In this document: piece after piece, positions 1 through 9,421 of the stretch
Numbering within the stretch: the first letter of the stretch is position 1
Layout of the letters: every line of letters begins with the position of its first letter
The notes under the pieces: generated by a model
The model's database searches: none
What the model saw: only the letters and a program-made list of their open reading frames with translations
Told to the model about the DNA's origin: nothing
Made by a program: the position numbers and the translations under genes
Assembly: GCA_963797095.1 (NCBI GenBank)
Contig: CAWCNY010000006.1
Coordinates: 352,001-416,000, forward strand
DNA length: 64,000 bases
Source of the DNA: an uncultured Chloroflexia bacterium
GTDB taxonomy: Bacteria; Chloroflexota; Chloroflexia; QHBQ01; JADMIH01
Direction: 5' to 3'

Positions 1-334
1 CTGTGCGGAGCGCCTCGTCAGCCTGCATTCCATCGGCCAGGATCGCATCCCATGATTGGTGCTGCTGCTCGGCGAACACACGCGGGTTGAACACTGTTAT
101 GCTCAGGACGGTGTAGACTTCGCCTTGTAATGTGGTGGTAATCTCTCGCACCGCATCGGCTTTCCATGCTATGTTATGAGCGATGTGATCTTTGGCTACC
201 CAGGCGTCGGGTTCTCCAATCGCCGCCCGCTCGGCTTCGCCCAACTGAGCGATGAACGCCTGCTGCTCGTCCTGGCCCTTCTCGATGAAAGCCAACAGCC
301 GGGGTTTTATCGGCCTGAGTGTCATGCTGTCCAT
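1..334 (-). CDS. DinB/ClbS-DfsB-like four-helix bundle protein, partial (runs off window; absent from ORF track)
   Basis: GGAGG RBS then ATG at 334; open to the window edge: MDSMTLRPIKPRLLAFIEKGQDEQQAFIAQLGEAERAAIGEPDAWVAKDHIAHNIAWK..., with a W-x-x-KD-x-x-x-H-x-x-x-W motif. Confidence 0.7.
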   Translation of the reverse strand, partial: MDSMTLRPIKPRLLAFIEKGQDEQQAFIAQLGEAERAAIGEPDAWVAKDHIAHNIAWKADAVREITTTLQGEVYTVLSITVFNPRVFAEQQHQSWDAILADGMQADEALRT

Positions 335-381
335 GTGTTACCTCCTGATCGCTTGGCTGGTGTGTTTTCGATGGCCGGATC

Positions 382-399
382 ATTATAGCACATTTGTTC
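382..399 (-). promoter_or_regulatory. Extended -10 (TGcTATAAT) with adjacent degenerate SOS box GAAC-AAAT-GTGC
   Basis: Minus strand TTGAACAAATGTGCTATAAT upstream of the DinB-like gene; one mismatch to GAAC-N4-GTTC. Confidence 0.45.
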
Positions 400-407
400 A
401 ATTAATT

Positions 408-1521
408 GAGGCATGGTCATAAATCATCAAGCGGCTTTCAAGAAGGGTTTGAGGCCAACATTGAGGTCAAGACCGAGTTCATGACGATACAACAGAGCCA
501 ACCGATAGACGAAAATGGCACCCAAGGCAAAGCGACGGGTGGCGACCAGCCCACGAGTGGGCACCTGCGCGTGTCCGTCGAAGATGCCTTTGAAATGCTC
601 GTTGAAGTTCTCGATAGAGAGGGAGCGCAGTTTGTGGAAGACGCGTCTCACCTCCACTCCAGAGTTTGTGTGCGGGTAAGGACCATGATGGGTGGCTGCC
701 AACCACCACCCTTTGAGAGTGCAGATGGCCCGCAGCAACAACGTGTTGTAGTGAGTATCTCCCAATACATACCTGATGTCAGGGGGCAGAGGGCACTTGC
801 CAAACCAAATCAGCTTGGCAGCCTCAGTGCCGTCGTCATGATTGGCAGGAGTAAGCTCGGCAGCCAGCGGTATCCACACGTCAGCTACCACCGTGATGAG
901 GTGCAATTTCCATCCATACACCCAACCGTGCCAACCACTCTTGGTCCAATGCGCCTCGGTATCAATCGAGGTATGAGGCACTTCTCCCTTTTCGCGGTGC
1001 TTACGGTGCCATACCCCTCCTTTGGCTCTAAGCACAGTGCTATCAGCAGCTACCGCCCTGCCGCAAGTAGCCCAGGGTTGGATGAGAGCTACCAAGTGGC
1101 AACCCAAAGCTCCAATCTGGGCAGGCAAGGCATCAGGCAGAGCTTTGAGACGACGTTCCCAGGTGCGCCGACTAGGGTAATCCCCATTTTCGGCGAGCAT
1201 GGCACGCAAAGTCTGCATCTGCGGAGTGGGTTGCTGCAGTACGGTGAGCAGTTCATATGGAGTATGTAGATGTTTGACTATCATAACAACCAAAGCTTTC
1301 AGAAAGAGTTGGTCCGAATAGAAGCTGGGCCGTCCTTTACCTCGCTTGACAGGCGGTGGGGCAGGAATGCGGTCCACCAGCCGTACCAGCATGACAAGCA
1401 AGCTGCCTTCAGGTATCATTGCAATTGCCTCCTGTTATTGGGTCTAAGCAACTACAATGATTTGGAGGTTGCCGCGTTCAGGCAACCCTTGGACGCGGCT
1501 TTCTATTTATGACCATGCCTC
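408..1521 (-). mobile_element. Complete insertion sequence (DDE, IS5/IS982-like), about 1.1 kb
   Basis: Perfect inverted repeat TTAATTGAGGCATGGTCATAAAT (402-424) / ATTTATGACCATGCCTCAATTAA (1505-1527); 4-bp target duplication AATT (ends 408/1521) or TTAA (ends 406/1523); one transposase inside. Confidence 0.9.
427..1419 (-). CDS. DDE transposase (DDE_Tnp_1-like)
   Basis: AADST, GWVYGWKLHL, LGDTHY and R-x-x-SIENFNEHFK motifs; lies between the inverted repeats. Confidence 0.88.
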   Translation of the reverse strand: MIPEGSLLVMLVRLVDRIPAPPPVKRGKGRPSFYSDQLFLKALVVMIVKHLHTPYELLTVLQQPTPQMQTLRAMLAENGDYPSRRTWERRLKALPDALPAQIGALGCHLVALIQPWATCGRAVAADSTVLRAKGGVWHRKHREKGEVPHTSIDTEAHWTKSGWHGWVYGWKLHLITVVADVWIPLAAELTPANHDDGTEAAKLIWFGKCPLPPDIRYVLGDTHYNTLLLRAICTLKGWWLAATHHGPYPHTNSGVEVRRVFHKLRSLSIENFNEHFKGIFDGHAQVPTRGLVATRRFALGAIFVYRLALLYRHELGLDLNVGLKPFLKAA

Positions 1522-1691
1522 AATTAAGTGGATGCGGCCAATGGCAGAATCTGCCCCCTCCCGGTGCACCGTATGAATGTGCCCAGGCTTGCACGATCGT
1601 AGACAAGCGTACCTGTTACGCGGGCAAGTTCAGGTCTGATATCAGCCCATGTGCCGATGATTTGCCAGGAGGCGTGGCATCATCGCGACGA

Positions 1692-2189
1692 TCAGCCTAT
1701 CTGGACCTGGCCGTTTTCCATGCCATAGGTCCAGCCGTCCAGATCGCAGGGGTCCAGCTTGAGGTGAGTGAGCACAGCGTTGATCTGGTCTCGATGCTCG
1801 GTGGCATGGTTGATGACCTGGAGGAGCATTATGGCGCTCGTCATGTCGACGTGCTCGCCTTCGATGCTGATGTAATTGAGGCGTTCTGCGGGCAGACCCT
1901 GCTCGGCGATCTCTACCAGCGTCTCACCGCTTTGCGTGGCGGCTGTGCGCAGGTCGTCGAAGCCTGTGAAGCCCGCGTCCTCGCGTATTGGCGGCCTGGG
2001 TTGGCCTTTCAACCTGGCAACATAACCCTCCTCGGCACCGATCATATGGAGGAGCGTGGCGCGGATGCTGCCGTAGGTGCCGAGGGCGGTGGCGTCTAAC
2101 TGCTCGTCGGTGAGCGTGGAGCAGGTGTCGAGCATTTTCAGGTTGGCCCACAGGTTGTGCTTGAACATTTCTTCAAGTGGGGTGGTCAT
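1692..2189 (-). CDS. DinB/YfiT family protein (paralogue 3)
   Basis: FKHNLWAN, SIRATLLH and INHATEHR His-triad motifs. Confidence 0.88.
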   Translation of the reverse strand: MTTPLEEMFKHNLWANLKMLDTCSTLTDEQLDATALGTYGSIRATLLHMIGAEEGYVARLKGQPRPPIREDAGFTGFDDLRTAATQSGETLVEIAEQGLPAERLNYISIEGEHVDMTSAIMLLQVINHATEHRDQINAVLTHLKLDPCDLDGWTYGMENGQVQIG

Positions 2190-2698
2190 GTTGCGGTCTC
2201 CTTTGGCTGCGGTAGGACAGTTAGCAATTCGTGGGTCCAGCCGTAGATCCAGCCATCAAGCTCCAGGGGTTCGAGGCCGAGGTGACTGAAAATGGTGTTG
2301 ATGTGGGCGCGGTGTTCGGTGGCGTGGTTGATTACCAGAATTACGATCATGCTGCCTGTGAGAACTTCGCCTGAGCTGGTATCAAGATAGCTTGCGGGTA
2401 TGGTGCCGCTTTGAGCCAGATTGACAAACTCCCGGCCCGTGGTGGTCAGCAAATCGCGCAGCAGCTCGAAGCCGGGGAAGGCCTCGCCCTCGCGGCGTGG
2501 CGGGCGGGGTTTGCCCAGCATCATGTGCATATACAATTCTTCCGAGCCTGCGAGATGCACAAGCGTGTCGCGAGTGCTGCCGTAGGTGCCAACGAGTTGC
2601 GTGTCCAGTTGCTCGTCGGTCAGCTCTTCGCAGGCGTCGAGGAGCGCGAGGTTGGCCCAGAGGTTGTGTTTGAATAGCTCGGTCAGTTCGGTTGACAT
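2186..2698 (-). CDS. DinB/YfiT family protein (paralogue 2)
   Basis: FKHNLWAN, STRDTLVH, INHATEHR; 4-bp overlap with the next gene. Confidence 0.88.
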   Translation of the reverse strand: MSTELTELFKHNLWANLALLDACEELTDEQLDTQLVGTYGSTRDTLVHLAGSEELYMHMMLGKPRPPRREGEAFPGFELLRDLLTTTGREFVNLAQSGTIPASYLDTSSGEVLTGSMIVILVINHATEHRAHINTIFSHLGLEPLELDGWIYGWTHELLTVLPQPKETAT

Positions 2699-2765
2699 AA
2701 TATGAGCCTTTGATTACGAGAGCGCAAATGAGAGAGGTGGGCACATATATGTCCGCCCACATAGA

Positions 2766-3263
2766 TCAGTAGACTTTGGAGAGGTTGTAGGCCGCGCCGT
2801 AGTTCCAGCCGTCCACTTCGAAGGGTTCGAGGTTAAGCTGGGTGAGGATGGTGTTGATGTGGGCGCGGTGCTCGGTGGCATGGTTGATGGCCTGGACGAT
2901 CAGGATGTTGGTGGCTACTTCGGAGGTCTGCCCGCTACCTAGCAGGCCCTTCAGCATATCAGGCAAAAGGTGGCGGCCCGCGATGTCGATCATGGCCTGG
3001 CCGCTGGCGTTGGCGGCAGCGCGCAGGTCATCGATGCCGGTGTAAGGGTTGTGCTCTCGGGAAGGAGGGCGGGGTTGGCCGTTGATGCGGGCGGCGTAGC
3101 GTTCCTCGGCACCGAAGATATGGAGGAGGGTGGCGCGGATGCTGCCGTAGGTGCCTGGGAAGGTGGCGTCAAGTTGCTCGTCGGTGAGTGTGGCGCAGGT
3201 GTCGAGCATTACAAGGTTGGCCCACAGGTTGTGCTTGAACATTTCTTCAAGTGGGGATGTCAT
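2766..3263 (-). CDS. DinB/YfiT family protein (paralogue 1)
   Basis: FKHNLWAN, SIRATLLH, INHATEHR; AAGGAG RBS. Confidence 0.88.
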   Translation of the reverse strand: MTSPLEEMFKHNLWANLVMLDTCATLTDEQLDATFPGTYGSIRATLLHIFGAEERYAARINGQPRPPSREHNPYTGIDDLRAAANASGQAMIDIAGRHLLPDMLKGLLGSGQTSEVATNILIVQAINHATEHRAHINTILTQLNLEPFEVDGWNYGAAYNLSKVY

Positions 3264-3304
3264 GAGGTGATCTCCTTGTGCTGTAGATCGATTTGTGGAG
3301 TTGC

Positions 3305-3427
3305 CGGAACTACATCAGCAGCTACTGCAAGCCCCTTTGTAGCCAAAGAGAGTTACGTGGGCGGACCAGCGTTCGGGGTAACGGGTTCTACCCGCAAGTC
3401 CTTGAGGGCTACGGCCTCGTTGGTCAT
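3305..3427 (-). pseudogene. 5' remnant of a GNAT acetyltransferase gene (frameshift plus stop)
   Basis: GGAGG RBS and ATG at 3427: MTNEAVALKDLRVEPVT, then in a shifted frame PERWSAHVTLFGYKGACSSC*C, resembling the PxTPERWxDxxxLFGxxGACxGCWC GNAT N-terminus. Confidence 0.55.
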
Positions 3428-3464
3428 TCTTGCCTCCGCCAAGCCAGCATATTGTGTGGTGGAG

Positions 3465-3487
3465 ACAGTCCGCAGCCTCAGGACTGT
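3465..3487 (-). terminator. Hairpin just after the uvrA stop
   Basis: ACAGTCC-N9-GGACTGT inverted repeat; no clear U-tract. Confidence 0.35.
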
Positions 3488-3494
3488 AGGAGAG

Positions 3495-6434
3495 TTAAGC
3501 GGCGCCTTTCTTCTCTTTTTCTTTGCTCGGAAGCACCCGCCTCAGGAACTGACCAGTGTACGACTGCTCCATGTCGGCCACCTCTTCGGGGGTGCCCACC
3601 GCCACGACCTCGCCCCCGGCGTCGCCGCCTTCGGGGCCGAGGTCGATCAGCCAGTCTGCCGTCTTGATCACGTCGAGATTGTGCTCGATCACCAGGATCG
3701 TGTTGCCCTGGTCGGTCAATCGTTGGAGGACGTGCAGCAATCGCTCGATGTCGGCGAAGTGGAGTCCGGTGGTCGGCTCGTCCAGGATGTACAGCGTCTT
3801 GCCTGTGGCCTTGCGCGATAGCTCAGATGCCAGCTTGATGCGCTGTGCCTCGCCCCCCGACAGGGTTGTGGCTGGCTGCCCGCACCTGATATAGCCTAGC
3901 CCAACATCGCAGAGCGTCTTCAGCTTGTTCTTGATAGCGGGCACGTTATCGAAGAACTCGGTGGCTTCCTCGACCGTCATATCGAGCACTTCGGCTATAT
4001 TCTTGCCCTTGTACCTGATCTCCAGCGTCTCGCGGTTGTACCTGGCACCGTGGCACACCTCGCACGGCACGTAAACATCGGGCAGGAACTGCATCTCGAT
4101 CTCGATGATGCCATCTCCACGGCAAGCCTCGCACCGCCCGCCCTTCACGTTGAAGGAGAAGCGCCCGGCATCGTACCCGCGCACTTTGGATTCGGGCACT
4201 TTGGCGAACACATCGCGAATAGGCCCGAACGCACCTGTATAGGTCACTGGGTTGGAGCGTGGGGTTCTGCCGATGGGCGATTGGTCGATCTCGATCACCT
4301 TGTCGATGTTCTCGACACCCTCGATGCTCTCATGCGCGCCCGGCCTCTCTTTCGACCTGTAGATCGATTGGGCCAGCTTGCGCGACAACACTTCATGCAC
4401 CAGCGTGGATTTCCCTGAGCCTGACACCCCGGTCACACAAATGAACTTGGCTAGCGGGAACTCCACCGTTATATGTTGCAAGTTGTTCTCGTATGCGCCT
4501 CGCACCACAATGCTCTTGCCGTTGCCCTTGCGCCTCTTTTTCGGAACGGCGATCTCGCGCTCACCACGCAGGTACTTGGCCGTTATCGAGTTGGGATCGC
4601 GCAATACCTCCTCATAAGTGCCCTGCGCAATAATTTTTCCGCCATGCTCGCCCGCGCCGGGGCCGATGTCGATCAGCCAGTCGGCCACGCGCATCGTCTC
4701 CTCGTCGTGTTCCACCACGATCAGGGTGTTTCCCAGGTCCTTCAAGCGCAATAGAGTGCTGATCAGCCGGGCGTTGTCGCGCTGGTGCAGGCCAACTGAA
4801 GGCTCGTCCAGGATGTAGAGCACGCCCATCAGCGACGACCCGATCTGTGTCGCCAGCCTGATTCGCTGTGCTTCGCCACCCGCCAGGGTGGCTGCCGTTC
4901 TGTTGACCGTCAGGTATTCCAGCCCCACGTCCATCAGGAATCCTAGCCGCGCCCTGATCTCTTTGAGTATCTGCCGGGCTATTATCTGATCTTTCTCCGA
5001 AAAGGGCGTGGGCTTATCGCCCTCTCCCGCCAGGTAGGCGAAGAAGCGGGTGGCCTCGCGCACCGAGAAGTTGGCTATGTGGGCTATGCTCTTGTCGTCC
5101 ACAGTCACCGACAGGCTCTCCGGCTTGAGGCGCTGCCCCCGGCAGGAGTGACACGGGCGGTCGCTCATGTACCGCTCCAGCTCCTGCCTTATAGTGTCCG
5201 AGTTGGTTTCGCTGTGCCGCCTCTTTACGATGTTGACCACCCCGCTGAACTCGCGGTCGAACTCCTGCCAGCGGCCCTGGTAGGTCTTGTGCCTGATCTT
5301 GATATGGCGCTCTTTGCCACCATAAAGGAGCACGTTCATCTGCGCTTCGGTCAGGTCCTTGACGGGGGTCTCCATCGAGAAGCCGAACTCGCGCCCGACC
5401 GCCTCCAGCACCTCCAGCATCCAGCTATCGCCCTGCTGGAATGACTTGGCCCAGGGCGTGATCGCTCCTTCGATGATGCTCAGGTTCTTGTCGGGGATGA
5501 TCAGGTCGGGGTCAGGCTCCATCTGGACGCCCAGGCCGGTGCATACGGGGCAAGCGCCGTGCGGCGAGTTGAACGAGAAGGAGCGCGGCTCTATCGCGCC
5601 CAGCGAGATACCGCAATTGGGGCAGGCGAAGTGCTCGGAGAAGACGTATTCTTCGCCGTCAAGAATAGACACGATCACCAGCCCCTTCGCCAGCTTCAGC
5701 GCGGTCTCCACCGAATCGGCCAATCTTGTCCTGTCGGGATCTACTCCTCCCTCTTGCTCAGGCGCCCTGATCACGAGCCTGTCCACCACCGCCTCGACGG
5801 TGTGCATTTTGTACTTTTCGAGGTCGATTGGTGTGTCGAGGTCGCGCACTTCTCCGTCAATACGTGCGCGCACATAACCCGCTTTGCGCAGGTCTTCCAG
5901 CACCTTCTGGTGCTCGCCTTTGCGGTCTTTGATGATAGGGGCCAGGATCAGGATGCGCGAGCCTTCGGGGATGGACTGCACCGCGTCAACGATCTCCTGC
6001 ACCGTCTGCTGCTGGATCTCTCTCCCGCAGTTGGGGCAGTGCGGCCTCCCTGCCCTCGCGTAAAGGAGGCGCATGTAGTCGTAGATCTCGGTGATAGTGC
6101 CCACAGTCGAGCGCGGGTTGCGCGATGCGCTTTTCTGGTCGATCGAGATGGCGGGGGATAGCCCCTCGATCAGGTCCACATCAGGCTTCTCCATCAACCC
6201 CAGGAACTGGCGTGCGTACGCTGACAGCGACTCCACGTACCTGCGCTGCCCCTCGGCATAGATCGTGTCGAAGGCAAGCGACGACTTTCCCGATCCCGAT
6301 AACCCGGTGATAACCACCAGCTTGTCGCGTGGGATAGCCACGTCTATATTCTTTAAGTTGTGCTCCCGCGCCCCGCGCACAATAATGTGCGTTTGGGCTG
6401 CGCCCGGCAATCTTTGGTGTTCTACTTGAGGCAT
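3495..6434 (-). CDS. uvrA: Excinuclease ABC subunit A (ORF open to 6509; start probably ATG 6434)
   Basis: [12 protein letters not shown], two Walker A motifs ([16 protein letters not shown]), LSGGEAQR, Zn fingers; a TTGCAC-N18-GATAAT promoter-like sequence spans ATG 6509, favouring the later start. Confidence 0.97.
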   Translation of the reverse strand: MPQVEHQRLPGAAQTHIIVRGAREHNLKNIDVAIPRDKLVVITGLSGSGKSSLAFDTIYAEGQRRYVESLSAYARQFLGLMEKPDVDLIEGLSPAISIDQKSASRNPRSTVGTITEIYDYMRLLYARAGRPHCPNCGREIQQQTVQEIVDAVQSIPEGSRILILAPIIKDRKGEHQKVLEDLRKAGYVRARIDGEVRDLDTPIDLEKYKMHTVEAVVDRLVIRAPEQEGGVDPDRTRLADSVETALKLAKGLVIVSILDGEEYVFSEHFACPNCGISLGAIEPRSFSFNSPHGACPVCTGLGVQMEPDPDLIIPDKNLSIIEGAITPWAKSFQQGDSWMLEVLEAVGREFGFSMETPVKDLTEAQMNVLLYGGKERHIKIRHKTYQGRWQEFDREFSGVVNIVKRRHSETNSDTIRQELERYMSDRPCHSCRGQRLKPESLSVTVDDKSIAHIANFSVREATRFFAYLAGEGDKPTPFSEKDQIIARQILKEIRARLGFLMDVGLEYLTVNRTAATLAGGEAQRIRLATQIGSSLMGVLYILDEPSVGLHQRDNARLISTLLRLKDLGNTLIVVEHDEETMRVADWLIDIGPGAGEHGGKIIAQGTYEEVLRDPNSITAKYLRGEREIAVPKKRRKGNGKSIVVRGAYENNLQHITVEFPLAKFICVTGVSGSGKSTLVHEVLSRKLAQSIYRSKERPGAHESIEGVENIDKVIEIDQSPIGRTPRSNPVTYTGAFGPIRDVFAKVPESKVRGYDAGRFSFNVKGGRCEACRGDGIIEIEMQFLPDVYVPCEVCHGARYNRETLEIRYKGKNIAEVLDMTVEEATEFFDNVPAIKNKLKTLCDVGLGYIRCGQPATTLSGGEAQRIKLASELSRKATGKTLYILDEPTTGLHFADIERLLHVLQRLTDQGNTILVIEHNLDVIKTADWLIDLGPEGGDAGGEVVAVGTPEEVADMEQSYTGQFLRRVLPSKEKEKKGAA

Positions 6435-6571
6435 ATTTATTTCGTGTATATCGTGGTGTCCGTTTTTTCCCGGTTGGTTGATCGTTCGGAGCATACAATT
6501 ATCCCCCATTCAAGAAGATAGGTGCAAGGGTCGAGCCATGCTCCGCTGAGATGAGATGGCATTGTGGCGGG

Positions 6572-7023
6572 TTATTTATCAAGATCGTCTATCAAGATCA
6601 CTCTTATCTCAGTTATGCGACGAAATACTGTATCATTTGTCAGGAATGCATCACATCCTGTTTCAAGGGCAGCGGCTATTTGTAAAGCATCCAATAGATG
6701 TAGATTGTGATGTGCTCGCAACTCTGCTGCCCTCTCGGCCATAATCTGGTTGATGTCAACGAACATGGTGTTCGTACCATGCACGATCAGATCCCTGAAG
6801 CTTTGCTGTAGTGTGGTTTGATTTGATTTGTATTGAATAGCAGGACGAGCGCCTCCGCAAGAGTTACAGGTGACGTAACTGTCCTGATCGTTCCTGCGTC
6901 CACCTGATCAAAGATAACCTGCACTCTGTCGATGTATTTGCTGTCAGCCTGGATATAGTAAATGATAGGTGACGTGTCCAGGAACAATGTTGATACATCT
7001 TGTAAAGCGTCCTCTTTGGTCAT
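6572..7023 (-). pseudogene. vapC: VapC/PIN toxin split by a 5-bp duplication
   Basis: N-half FLDTSPIIY..TSPVTLAE, C-half DALQIAAA..DAFLTND; deleting one ATTTG at 6821-6830 restores a single 148-aa frame. Confidence 0.85.
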
Positions 7024-7289
7024 GCCGGCTTGCCCGCATCCGTAATCAGATAGAACTTCTCTCGTCCACCATCGGCTTCACGTCTTCCGCGTGAGACCCA
7101 CTCCTGCGCATCTTCTCCGCTCAGCAGATCAGGTGCGGCGCCGCGAATGTCGCTCCACTTTGGCCGATCGTCTCGCTCGTCGTTTGCATGTCGTGCCTGC
7201 TCAATGAGATGTGAAGCAAGCTCCAACTTCTCATCGGCAGTGAGCTCATCGGCCTGCTTCATGATTTTAAGCAGCTTTGCGGATGCCAT
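7020..7289 (-). CDS. Putative antitoxin of the PIN toxin
   Basis: 89 aa, AGGAG RBS, 4-bp overlap with the PIN gene, acidic C-terminal DAQEWVxxxR segment. Confidence 0.75.
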   Translation of the reverse strand: MASAKLLKIMKQADELTADEKLELASHLIEQARHANDERDDRPKWSDIRGAAPDLLSGEDAQEWVSRGRREADGGREKFYLITDAGKPA

Positions 7290-7317
7290 CAATTTCTCCT
7301 GGACGCTTTACATAACA

Positions 7318-7329
7318 GAACGAACGTTC
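7318..7329. promoter_or_regulatory. LexA (SOS) box GAAC-GAAC-GTTC
   Basis: Exact GAAC-N4-GTTC just downstream of a minus-strand TGgTATACT extended -10, upstream of antitoxin-vapC-uvrA. Confidence 0.7.
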
Positions 7330-7392
7330 CCATAATAGTATACCAAATTCGTCAAGGTCAGTCTTTCCACACGTTTCCCACATCCAGTATCG

Positions 7393-7866
7393 TCACTCTC
7401 CCTGGCTTACAGGTTGCTCGAAATCGAGGCTTGCTATGATCTCATCTCCCCAGCGTTCGCCCGTTTCTCTGAACCCCACGCTTGAGTACAGCTTGCGTGC
7501 TACTTCGTTGCCCGGCACGTATGAGAGGCTTATACCCTTCGTGCCGGGATCGTGCTCCTTGACGAGGCGGATCATCTCCTGCATGGCGGCCTTGCCGTAG
7601 CCTTTGCCCTGATGGTTTTTGTCGATCATGAAGCGGGCTATGCCCCACCTGTTAGGCTCCAGGGGCCACTCTCTCCCGTACAGCACGAACCCCACCATCG
7701 TATCGCCTGCATAGATCCCCGCCGGGATCAGTGACGGCTCGAAGCGCGACCACGCGATCGATTGGAGGTTGGTAGCAACGAAATTGGCCTGCTCTTCCGC
7801 CACCTCCAGTTTGGCGGCTTGCGTCCATGTGTCACCTGTGAGTTCCCGGATCGTAACGTCGGTCAT
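7393..7866 (-). CDS. GNAT acetyltransferase (diamine/spermidine acetyltransferase-like)
   Basis: RFMIDKNHQGKGYGK and N-x-x-A-x-x-LY-x-x-x-GF motifs. Confidence 0.88.
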   Translation of the reverse strand: MTDVTIRELTGDTWTQAAKLEVAEEQANFVATNLQSIAWSRFEPSLIPAGIYAGDTMVGFVLYGREWPLEPNRWGIARFMIDKNHQGKGYGKAAMQEMIRLVKEHDPGTKGISLSYVPGNEVARKLYSSVGFRETGERWGDEIIASLDFEQPVSQGE

Positions 7867-7875
7867 TCTTGCTCC

Positions 7876-8340
7876 CTAGATAAGCGCGTCGTGCAGGCGT
7901 GCCAGGAAATAGGTCCACCCATCGAGGTGACCTTGCCGCTCCTCCTGGTCCTTCACTCTTTCCAAGTATGCGCTGTGCGTCAGTGTCAATTGTGTGCCTA
8001 TGTCGCCGATCGGTTCGAATCGCACATCGACGTGGCGCATGGCTGTGTTCGGCTCGTGGTCCCAGCGCCATGTGAACGCCAGCCTGCTGTCTTGCTCGTA
8101 ATGTGTGAACGTGCCTCGCAGGTCCCACTTCATCGCAGGCCATGACAGGTGGTATTGGCCGCCCTCCCACGGGTCAATCTCGGCCCTTGGCGGCCACCAC
8201 TGCACCAGCAGATCGGGCTGCATCCAGTATCTGAACAGCTCGCCCGGCATCACGCCTCTGTAGAAGGTGCTTACCATAAGCTGCTCAGGTCCGCTCGCCT
8301 GCTGGACGACCGCTTCCTCACCCCTCTGCTCCTCGATCAT
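7876..8340 (-). CDS. SRPBCC/Aha1 domain protein
   Basis: W-x-x-P-x-x-x-x-x-WW, RLAFTW, TQLTLTH and GW-x-x-x-L-x-x-L motifs; RBS before ATG 8340 (ORF open to 8409). Confidence 0.85.
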   Translation of the reverse strand: MIEEQRGEEAVVQQASGPEQLMVSTFYRGVMPGELFRYWMQPDLLVQWWPPRAEIDPWEGGQYHLSWPAMKWDLRGTFTHYEQDSRLAFTWRWDHEPNTAMRHVDVRFEPIGDIGTQLTLTHSAYLERVKDQEERQGHLDGWTYFLARLHDALI

Positions 8341-8465
8341 CCTTCCTACCTCCCGCCTTAATTGTCTGTGCCGCTCGTAGCCGCGGCTCCTATATCCTTG
8401 CAGCGCCATTCTTGATCCGTTCCTCCACTTCTACCGGCAGCCTTAAAATCGTCATATTGCGCCCA

Positions 8466-9308
8466 TCATACGTGTGGCGGCCCTGCCTCCAGCCTCTTCC
8501 CAATCTTATCGAGCGCGAGCGGGGGATTGGGACTTTCGAGCCACCACGTTACACCCACCTCGGCCAGGCTCGCCATGTGCTCGCGGTCCTTCTCGCGGTC
8601 TGTGCCGCTTGTCTCGCCTGCCAGGATCACGTCGAACGGGCCATCATTCCGGCGAAACTCGCTGATGTAGGCCAGTATATCGCGCACCTCTTGAGGCGTG
8701 ACCTCGCGCTCCTCGTTGGCGATCAGCGGGAAGATGCCATCCCACTGCGCTGCCCGCCTGAAGGGCTTCTTGTTAGGCCACTGCCCCGCCACCCACACAG
8801 GGATGCGCGGCTGCTGCACCGGCTTGGGCAGGAACTGCACATCTTTGATGTGGAAGTGCTCACCATCGAAGCTGAACGGCTCGCCGCTCCACAGCCCTGC
8901 CATGATCTGTAGGCCCTCGTCCAGCATCTCGCCCCAGGCTTTCGGATCGGTCGGTTCACCGAACTTGCTGTAGTCGCCGAACCAATCGCCGCCCAGACCA
9001 ACGCCCGCGATAGCGCGCCCACCCGACAGGTGATCGAGCGTGCTAATCTGCCTTGCCAGCGTCCAGGGCCGCCGCCTGGGCACGGGTGTCACCATGGTGC
9101 CCAGCTTGATCCGTGATGTGCTGGCCGCCATCGCCGCCAGCAGCACGAAGGGGTCGGAGGCTGGCATGACGTGGGGCCCCGTCCACAGCACGTGGTCCCA
9201 AAGAAAGAACCCGTCCCAGCCCGACTCCTCCGCGATGTGCGCCAGTTCGACGCCCAGGCGTGGATCTCCACAAAGATCGAAATTAGGTATGGTAATGCCG
9301 AATTGCAT
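8466..9308 (-). CDS. LLM-class flavin-dependent oxidoreductase
   Basis: AEESGWDGFFLWDH, LDHLSGGR, PKPVQQPRIPVWV; start MQFGI at 9308. Confidence 0.92.
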   Translation of the reverse strand: MQFGITIPNFDLCGDPRLGVELAHIAEESGWDGFFLWDHVLWTGPHVMPASDPFVLLAAMAASTSRIKLGTMVTPVPRRRPWTLARQISTLDHLSGGRAIAGVGLGGDWFGDYSKFGEPTDPKAWGEMLDEGLQIMAGLWSGEPFSFDGEHFHIKDVQFLPKPVQQPRIPVWVAGQWPNKKPFRRAAQWDGIFPLIANEEREVTPQEVRDILAYISEFRRNDGPFDVILAGETSGTDREKDREHMASLAEVGVTWWLESPNPPLALDKIGKRLEAGPPHV

Positions 9309-9394
9309 GCTCGTCTCTACTCCATTTGTCCACAATACCTGCATATTTCGCACGCGCTTGCCAGAGTCGTCCAAGTTCCGCCGTCCATCGTCCT

Positions 9395-9421
9395 CCGACT
9401 ACCGGCTACCGGCTACCGGCT
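9395..9421. repeat. Heptamer tandem repeat (CCGACTA)(CCGGCTA)3
   Basis: Read directly; contains the TAG stop of the minus-strand gene ending at 9413. Confidence 0.85.

Noticed and set aside
6759-6775. Palindrome ACGAACA-TGG-TGTTCGT as an SOS box
   Set aside because: GAAC and GTTC are 5 bp apart rather than 4, and the site lies inside vapC coding sequence.
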